DNA from: Octopus vulgaris
Lineage: Eukaryota
Direction of reading: 5' to 3'
DNA: 64,000 nucleotides
NCBI GenBank assembly: GCA_951406725.2
Contig: OX597832.1
Coordinates: 48,794,001 to 48,858,000, forward strand
The notes under the pieces are model-generated. The model was not told the DNA's origin. It searched no databases and saw only the letters and a program-made list of their open reading frames with translations. A program made the position numbers and the translations under genes. This document shows positions 13,956 to 27,891 of the stretch, one piece after another; position 1 is the first letter of the stretch; every line of letters begins with the position of its first letter.

Positions 13956-14374
13956 GTACGAGGGTATAATATATGCATGTTTATATTTTGTATGAGTCTG
14001 CATAAGTGTGTATAAGTGTGTAAAAGAGACAATTAACTGAAGTCTGTCTCCAACAAAAGTATGTATTGGCGCCGTTTCATCATACACCAAAGTTTGGAAG
14101 TTGGTCTTCACGTATGGAATCAGCCTGGTGAGTGAAAGAGTAAATGCGTTATACCATATAACTAAAAGTTTTGAAATAGATCTAAAATGATATAATTACA
14201 TTGATATAGATAAGATTATGAGTTATAGATATATTTATATAACGATAAATACGATTACAAGATATAATTATAATGGTTGGTTACCCAATATATTATTCAC
14301 ACTATGATTACGCCGCTCCAGTTCTCTTCGTCACAACTCTGCCTTTTGCACCATATATATATATATATATATGC

Positions 14375-14429
<55 letters not shown>

Positions 14430-14434
14430 TATGC

Positions 14435-14497
<63 letters not shown>

Positions 14498-14527
14498 CAT
14501 ATATATATGTAATAAAAGATATATATA

Positions 14528-14562
<35 letters not shown>

Positions 14563-14593
14563 GTATTCATATATATACATACATATACGTATG

Positions 14594-14646
<53 letters not shown>

Positions 14647-14840
14647 TGTATGTATGTATGTATGTATATGTATATGTGTGTCTGTGTGTGAATATATAAG
14701 CATTTCAGTAAATATATATATTATATATTCACGTACGGTTAGTGCTAACATTTCTAGGATTATCTCAGCAGTTGCAGGAAACAAGGAAATTAATGTCATT
14801 CACAATACTTTTGGTTGTGGCCATAAGTTGCATTTGTGTA

Positions 14841-14920
<80 letters not shown>

Positions 14921-15041
14921 GCACGATTTATTCGTGATCAGAGGCGTTCGTAAACCGAGGTACAACTGTATTAAATTTAATATGAGAAAGACAGAAGATA
15001 AAGTGCGATTTATTCGGGATCAGAGTTGTTGGAAAACCAAG

Positions 15042-15085
<44 letters not shown>

Positions 15086-15088
<3 letters not shown>

Positions 15089-15362
15089 GTTTTCAGCTCT
15101 GAGCTGCGGCCATGCTGATGCACCGCCGTTTTGTGCTACACTGTTATTACTAAGAGCCTCATCTTATATGTGGCACTTGGTGAAGAATGGAGTTTGATAT
15201 AGCTACCCTCATTTGAACCTCTTGCCGTGAGGTAGGTTCATCTGGGACTCTCGACAGGACGAAGTCAAGCTTTGATTTAAAAACCGCTACATCTACTTTG
15301 TGCAAGTTCCTCAGACTCTTTGGGAGAATATTAAAAAGCTGTGGGCCCTTGAAACCCAGGCT
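15086..15362 (-). mobile_element. 3' end of a CR1/L2-group LINE (ORF2 C-terminus plus 3' UTR)
   Basis: 'SLGFKGPQLFNILPKSLRNL..FKSKLDFVLSRVPDEP' resembles the post-RT C-terminal motif of CR1-group LINEs; tail 'ggcggtgcatcagcatggccgcagctcagagctgaaa'; flanked by (TA)n. Clade assignment is tentative. Confidence 0.75.
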
Positions 15363-17138
15363 ATATATATTAGAGACATTCACACAAATTTTATATACAT
15401 ATTAAATACGTGCAGTTGTCTCTGCTGCATTTTTGACAATAATCATCTAGATAACGGTTGCGCTTATCCAGAAAAAAAAAGGTTATTTTAATTAGTTAAA
15501 ATTCACTTAAAAGTATGCTAATGATCAAATTCTTACTGATTACTCATACGCAAGGTGCCTCTGGTATCCTTTCACTTAAATCTTTTCTTTACACACAGAA
15601 ATATAATCATACAGAAATACGTACATTTTAATAGAAATACATAAAATTTGTATTTCGCAATATGTTTATGACATTCTGCATAATTTTGCATATCGACGTG
15701 CATTTAAATAACAGCAGTTAATTTGTACAGGCAAATATCATTAATGCTAAATCAAACAGTTTGTTAAGTTTCGCCAATCGAGTTTCTTTCTCGAACAACA
15801 TGAACAGAATTTTAATCTGTCAGAAATTGCTGCCTCCTTCCTCTCTTCATCTCTTCATCTCATCTTATACAAAAATTCTTTAATCCAAAACAGCTGTTAT
15901 ACGTCATTTCATTTAAATTTTTATTTCTTCCAGAAACCGCATACATCTACCGACCACATCAACCCACCATCTCTGTCCTAGACGTACCCGGATTATGAAA
16001 TCACCCCAAACAACACAATGTACCGTAGTAGTTTTATTCTGTGGTATCTCATTTAAAAATTTTGTTTTCTCTTTTCTTATCCTATTTTTTCAATTTATAT
16101 CAGTTGGAATTTAAAAAAAAACTATGGACGTCATGTTTTTTTTATCGTTATATAATAATACAGACGACAGATAAGGATAATGATGACGGAAAGGTTGTGA
16201 TGAGGATGAGGATGACGCTGATGACATCATCATCATCATTGCCATCAGCATCAAGATAATGCATTATAAAACACTTTTAAAACCTTAGATACTTCTTGCT
16301 GTTGAATAGAATATATAAACCAGAAATCGATTGATTTTTACATAAACATACATAAAATAAAGAAAATAAAGACATAACACTGGAGAATACACCAGAGTCA
16401 ACTGAAAATCAAATACAGTGGGAGGAAATGTGCGCAAAATATTCAGTACTATGTATATATACAAAAAGAGTTCCTTGGAACAGAAAAAAATGTGTATTGT
16501 AGCAACGTAAACGTAACCCGACATAGCCAACAAGGAATTCATCTACACATTATGAATAACAAATAACCAGATTGTCAAAGTTATTCATTTTTTGTTAAAA
16601 CACGTGACCAGTCGTCATGGGAATGTGATAGTAGAATCCAATAAATGTTGATTGAATGCTGGAGAGAAGCATGAATTCTCTATAACAAAAAAAATGGTGG
16701 TGGGAGGGGAGAGAAAACATCAGAGACTTCTACTGGACAACTCTGCGATTGTCTAGATGACTTACAAGTTTATGCGACTTTGTGAGATCATGATATAAAT
16801 TCAATCGGCCTCATATTCTCCAAGGTTACCTCAGCACTGACCAATTACCTAAATTGTGCCGCGAAAGTTGTACCGTTCTGGTAAGTGACATCGTCATCGA
16901 TTTCCTTCTTGTAGTTCTTCCCAAATACTTTGAGAATAGATTACGAGTTTTTGTGTTTTTTTTGTATTTTGGGGGCTTGCACTTCCGCCTGTCCTTTATT
17001 TTCAAGATAACATCTGTGCTATCATACACTCTGCCTCTACCAAAAAACGAAGTGTTGTATGCAACAGTTCACGTTTTAGTAAGTGACATCGTCATCGATT
17101 GCCTTCTTGTAGTTCTTCCCAAATATTTTGAGAATAGA

Positions 17139-17461
17139 GTGGTTGCATAATGTCACCATAACGTGACGGTCCCGTAAAGGGAATTACACCACCGCTATAT
17201 AGCCCTAGGAAGCATCGACGCTTCCTGTCGGCCTTGACACATTTCCTGTGCCCTTATATTTGCAAAGAGGAGGCAAGCACCCCCACCAGCTAGGACTAGC
17301 AACCTGAAGACATGCATGTTTCTGGGTCTTGCCCGTCATCAGTCCAGGGTATCGAGTCCCCGCTAGTGGTGATACTTGCCAAGCCTCCGCAATATATATA
17401 TATATATATTTACAGTGAAATCTATTCACTGGTCACCGTAATTAGAAATATTTCTAAATTG
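17139..17461 (-). mobile_element. Non-autonomous hammerhead-carrying retroelement (Penelope pLTR / retrozyme-like)
   Basis: Flanked by 9-bp direct repeat 'gagaataga' (17130-17138, 17462-17470); same family terminus at 62319-62507; contains a hammerhead motif. Confidence 0.75.
17303..17348 (-). ncRNA. Type I hammerhead ribozyme motif
   Basis: Minus strand: cctgga-CTGATGA-cgggcaagaccca-GAAA-catgcatg-TC-ttcagg; 6-bp helix I, GGG/CCC helix II, perfect palindrome ACATGCATGT for helix III, GUC cleavage triplet. Confidence 0.85.
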
Positions 17462-18195
17462 GAGAATAGATTACGAGTTATTGTGTTTTTTGCATTTTGA
17501 GGGCTTCCACTTCCGCCTGTCCTTTATTTTCAAGATGAAATCAGTGCTATCAAACACTCTGCCTTTACCAATAAACGAACAGTCGTTTGCAACTGTTCCT
17601 TCTCAAGGATAAGCAAAGCAACCGTGGCCCTAATGAAACAAGTAAAGTTATCCTTTTTCTTTCGCATGCCACTAATAGATTGTGGCAGGCTCATGCCTGT
17701 TTTGAGAACAAATGTTGCCAGGCTTTTGTATTTTCAATAAAGTATGTCATATCTAAAGTTTTCTTGTTCGAAGGTACACCTGCAATGAGAATGAGAGGCG
17801 TTGATGTTGCATTGTCGGTTTTTTAAAAATCCTTTCTTTACGTTTTGAATGTCATATATTTCTTTCATTGCTTGGAGTTTGTTTCTTAATTCCTAAATAT
17901 TAGTTTGATATTTATTTTGTTTTTCTGATCGCTGTTTTACTCTGCACAATGTAATTTTTTTTCTCTATTCGTGGTTACCTTATAATGAAATGGAGCTTTA
18001 GCGTGAAATAAAGAAATGGAGGAAATCTTTAAGAAAATTTCCTTTTTGCTTAACCCTGGAACGATATACTCTTTCAAAATGTTCAGTAAATATCCCCGTC
18101 GACAATGGAATCTGGAATATAAATGAATTTCTTCTTTTATGCTTGTCAAATGCAAAAAAGAAAAAAAAAAGCAGGCGCAACTTAGAACCACAGGG

Positions 18196-18505
18196 AGAAG
18201 AGGAGGAAGAAGAAGAAGAAGAAGAAGAAGAAGAAGAAGAAGAAGAAGAAGAAGAAGAAGAAGAAGAAGAAGAAGAATTAGAAGGAGGAGAAGAAGAAGA
18301 AGAAGAAGAAGAAGAAGAAGAAGAAGAATTAGAAGAAGAAGAAGAAGAAGAAGAAAAAGAAGAAGAAGAAGAAGAAGAGGAAGAAAAAGAAGAAGAAGAA
18401 GAAGAAGAAGAAGAAGAAGAAAAGGAAGAAGAAGAAGAAAAAGAAGAAGAAGAAAAAGAAGAAGAAGAAAACGAAGGAGAACAACAACAACAACAAAAAC
18501 AACAA
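18196..18505. repeat. (GAA)n polypurine tract followed by (CAA)n
   Basis: Direct inspection; generates poly-E/R/S ORFs. Confidence 0.95.
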
Positions 18506-18523
18506 CTGCAACCAGAACTGCGA

Positions 18524-19014
18524 GTGGAGGCGCAACGGCCTAGTGGTTGGGGCAAGCGGACTCGCGATCGTAAGAACGCGGTTTCGATTCCCAGACCAGG
18601 CATTGTGAGTGTTTATTGAGCAAAGACACCTAAGCTCCACAAGTCTCCGGCGGGGTGGGGTGGTGAACCCCGCTGTACTCTTTCACCACAACTTTCTCTC
18701 ACTCTTTCTTCCTACTTCTGCCACAAAGCAGAGGAACCATGGTGTAACCCACTATGGTGTGGTGTGATAAACTTTCAGACCCTAGTCTAGATTGCGAATC
18801 CTCTGTACCCCAGAATGGTTCAGCTCTCCAATCGTTAAAAGCAGTGTCATGATGCAATCTATAGAGCACACGTCTATTATAAAACCACGACAAGCGACCA
18901 TTTACGGGATGAGGATAACAACGTAGGTTTCGCGCCCGTGCAACCACCAGTCTATCGCGTGTGGTGGGTGGATCTTCAAGTTGCCACACGCATTCTTAAT
19001 AGCTTAGAGTAGGC
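18524..19014 (+). mobile_element. SINE family C head with tail type c
   Basis: Same tRNA-Arg-like head followed by a distinct ~290-bp tail 'gccacaaagcagaggaaccatggtgtaacc...agcttagagtaggc'; inverted copy at ~32830-33212. Confidence 0.8.
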
Positions 19015-19224
19015 AAATCATATTACTACATCAATTTACAATTGAGTCATCATAATTCAATATAATCAATCACATCATTATACAATAATTCATTCAGCTA
19101 CTGATTCATAGTCATGTGCTATTTAAGGTCTCCCCCCCCCCCATAACAGATGTTGAAGATGACTTCGGAATTGAGTAAAAAAACTCTATGCTCACCGACC
19201 GTGCAATCAAATGAATATATTTGT

Positions 19225-19720
<496 letters not shown>

Positions 19721-20060
19721 AGTAAATGGGCAAGTTGGGCGTGTCCATTTGAGCACATTTTCATAATGGAAATAAATGACAGCCAAGAATCGAATATGCT
19801 ATTTTGTTTAAACGGGATAATTGTCCATGTTATCAATTAGCTTTTCAGTAAGTTACTAGCAAAAGGATTTACGGCTGCTTGCTTTAGTTAATCAGATGAT
19901 AAGATGTGGCGACACTTTTAGCGACTTTTTGTAAGACGTACAAGTAGACTTATTGTCTAGATTTTTATTCTTACACAGTTGATCTATTGCATCTGACAAC
20001 CTTTAAACTACTTCCATCTTACAATCACTCGTATTTAATTTCTATGTCTCCTTATAAACA

Positions 20061-20270
20061 CGCAAGAGTGGCTGTGTGGTAAGTAGCTTGCTTACGAACT
20101 ACATGGTTCCGGGTTCAGTCCCACTGCATGGCACCTTGGGCAAGTGTCTTCTACTATAGCCTTGGGCAAACCAAAGCCTAGTGAGTGGATTTGGTAGATG
20201 GAAACTGAAAGAAGGCCGTCCTTTGCTGGCCATTGATAAAAATTTTTCGAAAATTTTTATCTTATATTAG

Positions 20271-20346
<76 letters not shown>

Positions 20347-20429
20347 ATGCTTGTGTGTGTGTGTGTATATGTTTGTGTGTCTGTGTTTGTCCTCCCAACA
20401 TCGCTTGACAACCGATGCTGGTGTGTTTA

Positions 20430-20475
<46 letters not shown>

Positions 20476-20586
20476 GCTCGCTTAGCCAGCGGGGTGGCGT
20501 CATTCGAAGGCTAAAACAATGCGAACGCATTGTGACCAGCGATGTGTAGCAACATCTGATGGTCTGGTCGGTCAGGTGATCACGTG

Positions 20587-20588
<2 letters not shown>
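20061..20588 (+). mobile_element. Fragmented SINE B followed by SINE C tail type b
   Basis: B head 20061-20220, B body ~20370-20430, type-b tail 20472-20588 ending 'ggtcggtcaggtgatcacgtgata'. Confidence 0.75.
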
Positions 20589-20618
<30 letters not shown>

Positions 20619-20731
20619 TTGTGTGTGTATGTATATGTATATATGTGTATATATATATGTGTGTGTGTATGTATATATATATATATGTATATATATATTT
20701 ATATATATACATATATATATATATGTATATG

Positions 20732-20840
<109 letters not shown>

Positions 20841-21659
20841 ATTTATCTATGTATATGTGCAGGCATGTATGTTTGCTTACTTGTGTATATGATAGTGGAG
20901 GTTATTCGCAGGTCACCTTATGTACACAGTAACACAACCGGCCGGTACGCCATTCTCGTTGGTATCTTTGTATCTTTCTTCTCTTTATACACGCTCTTGT
21001 GGATATCGTACAGCTGTGTGTACCATCGTGCATAGGTGACGACATGACAGAACATGTCTGATGAGCGCTAATACCTAGTGTTATACCGTATCATCACGAT
21101 TGCAACCTTTAACGATCGCCCGAAACAAATTAATGGGGTCAATATAATATAGCCAAAATGGACGCAAGTCTGATGTCAGAAAACAATAACGCAATGAATG
21201 AAAAACTAAAGGAATGTATTTGTAACATTATTTTTTTCATTGAACTCTTTGAATGCTTTGATTGCTTTTGAATATTTCCCTGGACATGTGTGGCTTCACA
21301 CAGACTTTTAGATTACGTTCATTCCTTGAACTAGTATATACAATATAAAATTGCAAAAGGTGTAATGGACCATGCAGCAAACTGACGGCAAATACATTGA
21401 TCGGACATCCGTAAATTGTTAAATCAATAATACAATATTCCGCGATTGCATTGATTTCATGTAATGCATTCGAAAAGAGAATAAAAAAGAAAAAAAAAAG
21501 AATTCGAAGAAGTAAATACAGTTCATGATGTTAGGAGTAGGTATTTGAATTAGCCGGTATAAGTAATTATTTCCGTTTTTGAAGTGTGATTGTTACACGG
21601 AATTCAAATACATTCACTGATGAACAATTTCTAAACAAAATGAATTGGGTATTATGCAC

Positions 21660-22030
21660 GCATGTATGTATGTATATGTGTATGTATGTATGTATGTATG
21701 TATGTATGTATGTATGTATGTATGTATGTATGTACGTATGAATGTATGTATGAATGTATGTATGTATGTATGTATGTATGTATGTATGCATGTACGTATG
21801 AATGTATGTATGTATGTATGTATGTATGTATGTACGTATGAATGTATGTATGAATGTATGTATGTATGTATGTATGTATGTATGTATGCATGTACGTATG
21901 TATGTATGTATGTATGTATGTATGTATGTATGTATGCATGTACGTATGAATGTATGTATGAATGTATGTATGTATGTATGCATGTATGCACGTATGTATG
22001 CATGTATGTATGCATACATGTATGTATGGA
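21660..22030. repeat. (TATG)n microsatellite with higher-order variant pattern
   Basis: Recurrent 'tgtacgtatgaatgtatg' variants within the array. Confidence 0.9.
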
Positions 22031-22069
22031 TGTATTATTCAGTTTTACTTCAATATTTCTTGCTAAAAG

Positions 22070-22270
22070 AGGCAGCGAGCTAGCAAAAACGATAGCACGC
22101 CGGGAAAATGCTTAGTGATATTTCGTCTGTCTTTACGTTCAGAGTTCTAATTCTGCCGAGGTCGACTTTACCTTTCATCCTTTTGGGGTCGATAAATTAA
22201 GTACCAGTTGCATACTGGGGTCGATCTAATAGACTGGCCCGTTCCTCCTTGTGCCTAGAGTAGAAAAGAA
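22070..22270 (+). mobile_element. SINE family A monomer
   Basis: Head and core match family A. Confidence 0.8.
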
Positions 22271-22486
22271 TTTTTTTGCCAATAAAAAGACACATTCTAA
22301 CCTAGATCCAAGCCTTCTTCATTGGAATTTCAACATGTATGTATGTATGCATGTACCCATGTATGTATGTATGTATGTATGTACTATGTATGTATATATA
22401 TATGAGGGAAGTAGTAATATTTCAGAAGAGCATTCTGCTTACTTTTTTTAACGTGGGACATGTTGTACGAAAGGAACCATACATAC

Positions 22487-22555
<69 letters not shown>

Positions 22556-23329
22556 CATCAGCCAAATTAGAAAAGAATAAGTTTTTGCTAATGAAGAGAA
22601 AAATTCTGTGTAGGGCTAAGTCGGTTTCATTGACCCCTGTACTCAACTTGTGCTTATTTTATCGGCCTTGAAGGGGATAAAAGGTAAAGTTGAACTCAGC
22701 GGCATTTGAACTCAGGACGTAAAAACGGACGGAAATGCCCGTAAGCAATTTTACTCGGAGTACTAACAATTCTGCCAGCTCGCCACCTTGCGGGAATAAT
22801 AGATATTAATAAGACAGAGAGCGGCTAACTGCATACACAATTATGGTGAAGGTAAGGTATAAGTTCACTTTTGGTGCTCAAATGCGTTTCTTTGCTATCC
22901 AGGTTCGATTTACGTCGAGAACGGCCTTACCACTTTAATTCTTACATTGAGTCAAAAGGAAGCAAAGAAATTACTAGTCGAGATTGCATTCGATATAATC
23001 ATGTCTGGCTTTATATTTTAGTTAAAAATCAATACGTGCAACAATATTTATACTCTTTATGCTAGGTTTTTAAAATATTCAAGAAAATCAAAAATCAAGT
23101 ATTAAGGAAATATGAAATAATATGACTTGGAGAGAAAAAATAAATGAAGACTTAAAAGAGAAAAGGGATTAATTCTAGCGGTTTATGCTGTTTCTTTGTA
23201 GAGGATATTTTCAATGTTTAATTCTTAATACGGGAGGCGGAAGCTACGTGGCATAAAAGTATTTATTGAAGTCAGCCTTCTGAGAATACGACCCAAGTTA
23301 ATATACGTTCAAAATACAATAATAATGCT

Positions 23330-23395
23330 AACAAAAAATAATGATCAGAATAATAATGATAATAATTGTAATAAATAATAAATAACAACAACAAC

Positions 23396-23427
<32 letters not shown>

Positions 23428-23519
23428 TAATAATAATAATAATAACAATAATAATAATAATAATAATAATAATAGTAATAAAAATAGTAATAATAGTAAT
23501 AATTATAATGATGATAATG

Positions 23520-23565
<46 letters not shown>

Positions 23566-23606
23566 TAATAATAATAATGATAATGATGATAATAATGATA
23601 ATGATG

Positions 23607-23668
<62 letters not shown>

Positions 23669-23670
23669 CA
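23330..23670. repeat. (TAA)n/(TGA)/(CAA) compound trinucleotide microsatellite
   Basis: Direct inspection; similar blocks at ~24245-24500, ~25540-25770, ~30275-30640, ~48110-48445 and ~55270-55680. Confidence 0.95.
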
Positions 23671-24304
23671 TTACAGCAAAGTATCATCAAAAAGGGATTC
23701 AGACTCGACAAAGAATGCAAACGTAATACAATGCTTGGATTGTAATTTCCAAGAAAATATAACTAAATATAAGTCTATACACACACACACGCACACACGC
23801 ATACACACACACAAACACACATACACACATACACACATACACACAAACACATGTATATATAAATATATTTATATATACACACACATTTATATCTATGTAT
23901 GTATGTCTGTGTGTGTGTGTAATATTCTAAACCTGACTAGAAAAGCTGCTAAAGGTAAAGAGGAAAAAACGAAAAGAAGAAGAAGAACAACAACAACAAC
24001 AAGGAGAACAAGAAGAAGAACAAGAAGAACAAGAACAAGAATGAGGAAAAGAAGAAAGAATGAGAAAAAAGATGGAGGAGGAGAATGAATTAAAAGAAGG
24101 TAAGAGGGGGGAGGAGGAGAATGTGAAGGAAAGGACGAAAGGGGAGAAGGAGGAGTAACAGGGCAATGAAAAGAAGGAGGAGAGAGAAGAGGTTCGGGAA
24201 GAGGAAACAAAGCGGGAGAATGAGGAAATGGAGGAGGAATAGGATAATAATGATGATAATAATAATAATGATATAAATGATGATGATAATAATAATAATA
24301 ATAA

Positions 24305-24335
<31 letters not shown>

Positions 24336-24427
24336 AAGAAGAAGAAGAAGGAGAAGAAGAAGAAGAAGAAGAAGAAGAAGAAGAAGAAGAAGAAGAAGAA
24401 GAAGAAGAAGAAAAAGGAGAAGAAGAA

Positions 24428-24499
<72 letters not shown>

Positions 24500-24814
24500 G
24501 GAGAAGAAATCATCAACAGCAGCAACAACACTAGCAACACTGAGTATAAACAAGAGAATCGCAGCTGGATTAAAGCTCGTCACATCATTCATGGTGTCCA
24601 GAATCGAATTTATATTCAAAAACCAAACAAAAACAATCAATCAATCAAACAAACAAGCAAGCAAAGACCGTTAAAACTTCAAAAAAAAAAAAAAACCCAG
24701 ATCTTTTTTTCTCATTTCTGCCTTGTATTTTATTGTTGGTATTATTATAACCGCGTTCGAGCTAATGCTGTTGTTGTTGTTGTTGTTTTGGTGTTGTTGT
24801 TGTTACTGTTGCTT

Positions 24815-25205
24815 ATACTCTTTCACTTGTTTCAGTCATTTGACTGCGGCCATGCTGGAGCACCGCCTTTAATCGAGCAAATCGACCCCGGGACTTATTC
24901 TTTGTAAGCCCAGTACTTATTCTATCGGTCCCTTTTGCCGAGCCGCTAAGTGACGGGGATGTAAACACACCAGCATCGGTTGTCAAGCAATGCTAGGGGG
25001 ACAAACACACACACACACACACTTATATATATAAACATATATACGACAGGCTTCTTTCAGTTTCCGTCTACCAAATCCACTCACAAGGCATTGGTCGGCC
25101 CGGGGCTATAGCAGAAGACACTTGCCCAAGGTGCCACGCAGTGGGACTGAACCCGGAACCATGTGGTTGGTTAGCAAGCTACTTACCACACAGCCACTCC
25201 TGCGC
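24815..25205 (-). mobile_element. SINE family B
   Basis: Reverse complement of the 10629 element. Confidence 0.9.
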
Positions 25206-25542
25206 TAGGAGCGATTGTTGTGATGTTTCGTGGGAACGATGGGGAATGCTTGTGAGGATGGCTGTGTGTTGCTATTTGTTTTGGACTGATTTTTTTAGTT
25301 TTTTTCATTAATGTATCAATGTGTTTGTTTTGTTTTGTTGTAGTTACCATTCTTCTTCTTATTATTATTATTATTGTTGCTCTTGTTGCTGTTGTTGTTG
25401 CTGTTGTTGTTGACTATTATTATTTTTTTTTTTGTAGTTGACGCCAATCTTTTCATATTCTGTTCTGACTTCCGCTTCAATGGTGTTCCTTTGAAATGAT
25501 TTGAATAATAGATATGTCAAAACAGTTGTAACCTCGAAAATG

Positions 25543-25691
<149 letters not shown>

Positions 25692-25710
25692 TATAATAAT
25701 AATAATAATA

Positions 25711-25759
<49 letters not shown>

Positions 25760-26240
25760 CGATGATGATGATGGGAGTGGCGGTGGTGGTGGTGGTGCTG
25801 GCGCTGGAGCTGGCGATGGTGGTGAAGATGTGGACGACGATGATGATGAAAAGGTGGAGATTGATGACGATCAAGAAGAAGAGGAGGAGGAGGAAGAGGA
25901 GATGGAACGGAAGGAGTGTGCTCATGATGGGGATGAAGTCGGTGAAGTTGCTGATGGTAGGTCTCGGTAATGATGATATTGATAGTAGTAGTAGTAGTAG
26001 TGATCATCCTTTCTTCTATAGGCACAAGACATGAAATTTTAGGGGAGGTGTAATCGATTTCATTGACCCCAGTGCACGACTGGTACTTATCTCACCGGAC
26101 TTGTAAGTCAACCTTGGCGGAATCTGAACTCAAAGCATGGAGATCAGGAGGGGATACCATGAAGGAATTCAGCCCGATGCACTAACGACAAAGTCAGAAG
26201 CATCAAGTCACAACCTTTCATAATAATAATTAATTAATTA

Positions 26241-26316
<76 letters not shown>

Positions 26317-27891
26317 GATATGAAATTTGGATTAGAAAAATGCGCCAAAGTAACCATGAAAAGAGGAAAACTAGTTAAGAGTAACAACATCACACTAGAT
26401 AAAACCAATGAAATAAAAGAATTAGACCAAAGCCAAACTTACAAATACTTAGGAATCCATGAACTAGATAAGACACAACACACACAAATGAAAGAGAAAA
26501 TAAAAAAAGAATATTATAGACGAGTTAGATCAATACTAAACACAGAGCTCAATGCTAAAAACAAGATAATAGGTATCAACACTTTAGCTGTCCCAGTTAT
26601 AAGTTACAGCTACAATATCCTTAACTGGACACGAAATGAACTGACCAAAATAGATAGGAAAACAAGAAAAATAATGACAGGATCTAGGATGCATCACCCA
26701 AAATCTGACATAGAAAGACTATATATACAACGTATGGAAGGTGGTAGAGGCCTTATACAACTGGAAAACTACTATAAAATAACCACCATAGGACTGCAAA
26801 AATATCTACTTCAGAAGGAAGGAAAACTGATCCAGATAGCGGCAAAACACGAGCAAAACAAAAAACTGTTCTCAGTATTTAAGGAAGCTGACAAATACAA
26901 ACAAGAAATCATACCACCTAATAAACATGAAGAAGAAGAAGAAGATGAAGAAACAACAAAAGCTATAAAACAAATGAAATCCAAACTAAAAACAGAACAG
27001 CAACGAACCATGATAAAACGATGGCAAGAAAAGCCCTTCATGGTAAATACTGCACTAAACTAAACGCAAAAGAAATAGACAAAGAAAAATCCCAGCAATG
27101 GTTGAGAAGCTCAGGACTCAAAGCAGAAACAGAGGGATTTTTAATTGCAGCACAAGACCAAAGCCTCCCCACCAGAAATTACCAAAAACATGTAATGAAA
27201 AGAAATATTACAAGTAACTGCAGAATATGTGGAGATGGACAAGAAACAATAAATCATATTATCTCTAGCTGCCCAGTCCTGGCTAAGAAGGAATATATTC
27301 ACAGACATGACAGAGTTGGAACCTACATACATTGGAAGCTATGCCAACATTATGGAATAACAACAGAAAAAAGATGGTATAGGCACACACCAGAAAAGGT
27401 CACAGAAAACGAGAAAGCAACCATACTCTGGGATATGCCGATACACACAGATAGAGAAATTAAGGCCAACAGACCAGATATAGTTGTCAGAGATCATGAA
27501 GAAAAAAAATGCTTTTTAATTGATGTATCAATACCGGCAGATGACAACGTGTCTCTAAAAGAAATGGAGAAACTCTCAAAATACAAAGACCTGGAAATAG
27601 AGGTAACTAGAATGTGGAATCTGAAAACAGAAACAATTCCTATCATAGTAGGTGCATTAGGCATGATAAAAAAATATTCAGACAAATACATAACAAAAAC
27701 ACCAGGACTTACAAACACATATAACATACAGAAAATTGCACTACTAGGCACTGCCCACATCCTACGCAGAACACTTTCCATACAATAACCATCAGAGCAT
27801 CACAACAAATCACAGCACATACCCAAGGCACACAGAGCTGCGCTCGGTAGTGAAGTGAAAGCACGCTATAAAAATAAAAATAAAACTACTG
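26317..27891 (+). mobile_element. 5'-truncated R4/Dong-clade non-LTR retrotransposon with restriction-like endonuclease
   Basis: Flanked on both sides by (AAT)n; coding region plus ~100-bp 3' UTR. Confidence 0.92.
26320..27788 (+). pseudogene. C-terminal RT/thumb, CCHC zinc knuckle and PD-(D/E)xK endonuclease, one frameshift near 27035
   Basis: Motifs MKFGLEKC, YKYLG, GGRGL, ETEGFLIAAQDQ, CRICGDGQETINHIISSC, RHD, RPDIVV..LIDVSIP, KLSKYKDL; ORFs 26320-27063 and 27021-27788 join if one base is restored (WQEKPLHGKY). Confidence 0.93.

Larger units (their letters stand above)
16881..17600. repeat. ~198-bp tandem duplication, second copy interrupted by an insertion
   Basis: 'gtaagtgacatcgtcatcgatt' at 16881 and 17079; the second unit resumes at 17462 ('gagaatagattacgagtt'). 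Confidence 0.85.

Noticed and set aside
16881-16914. 34-nt GTAAGT...TTGTAG mini-intron
   Set aside because: It is too short for a typical metazoan intron and the flanks give no convincing reading frame.
18139-18619. Poly-Glu / poly-Arg ORFs resembling acidic or protamine-like proteins
   Set aside because: This is a pure (GAA)n tract running into a SINE head and is open in several frames by construction.
21057-21130. CTGATGA ... CGAAA as another hammerhead
   Set aside because: Helix II does not close adjacent to GAAA and no helix I or III pairing was found; likely chance.
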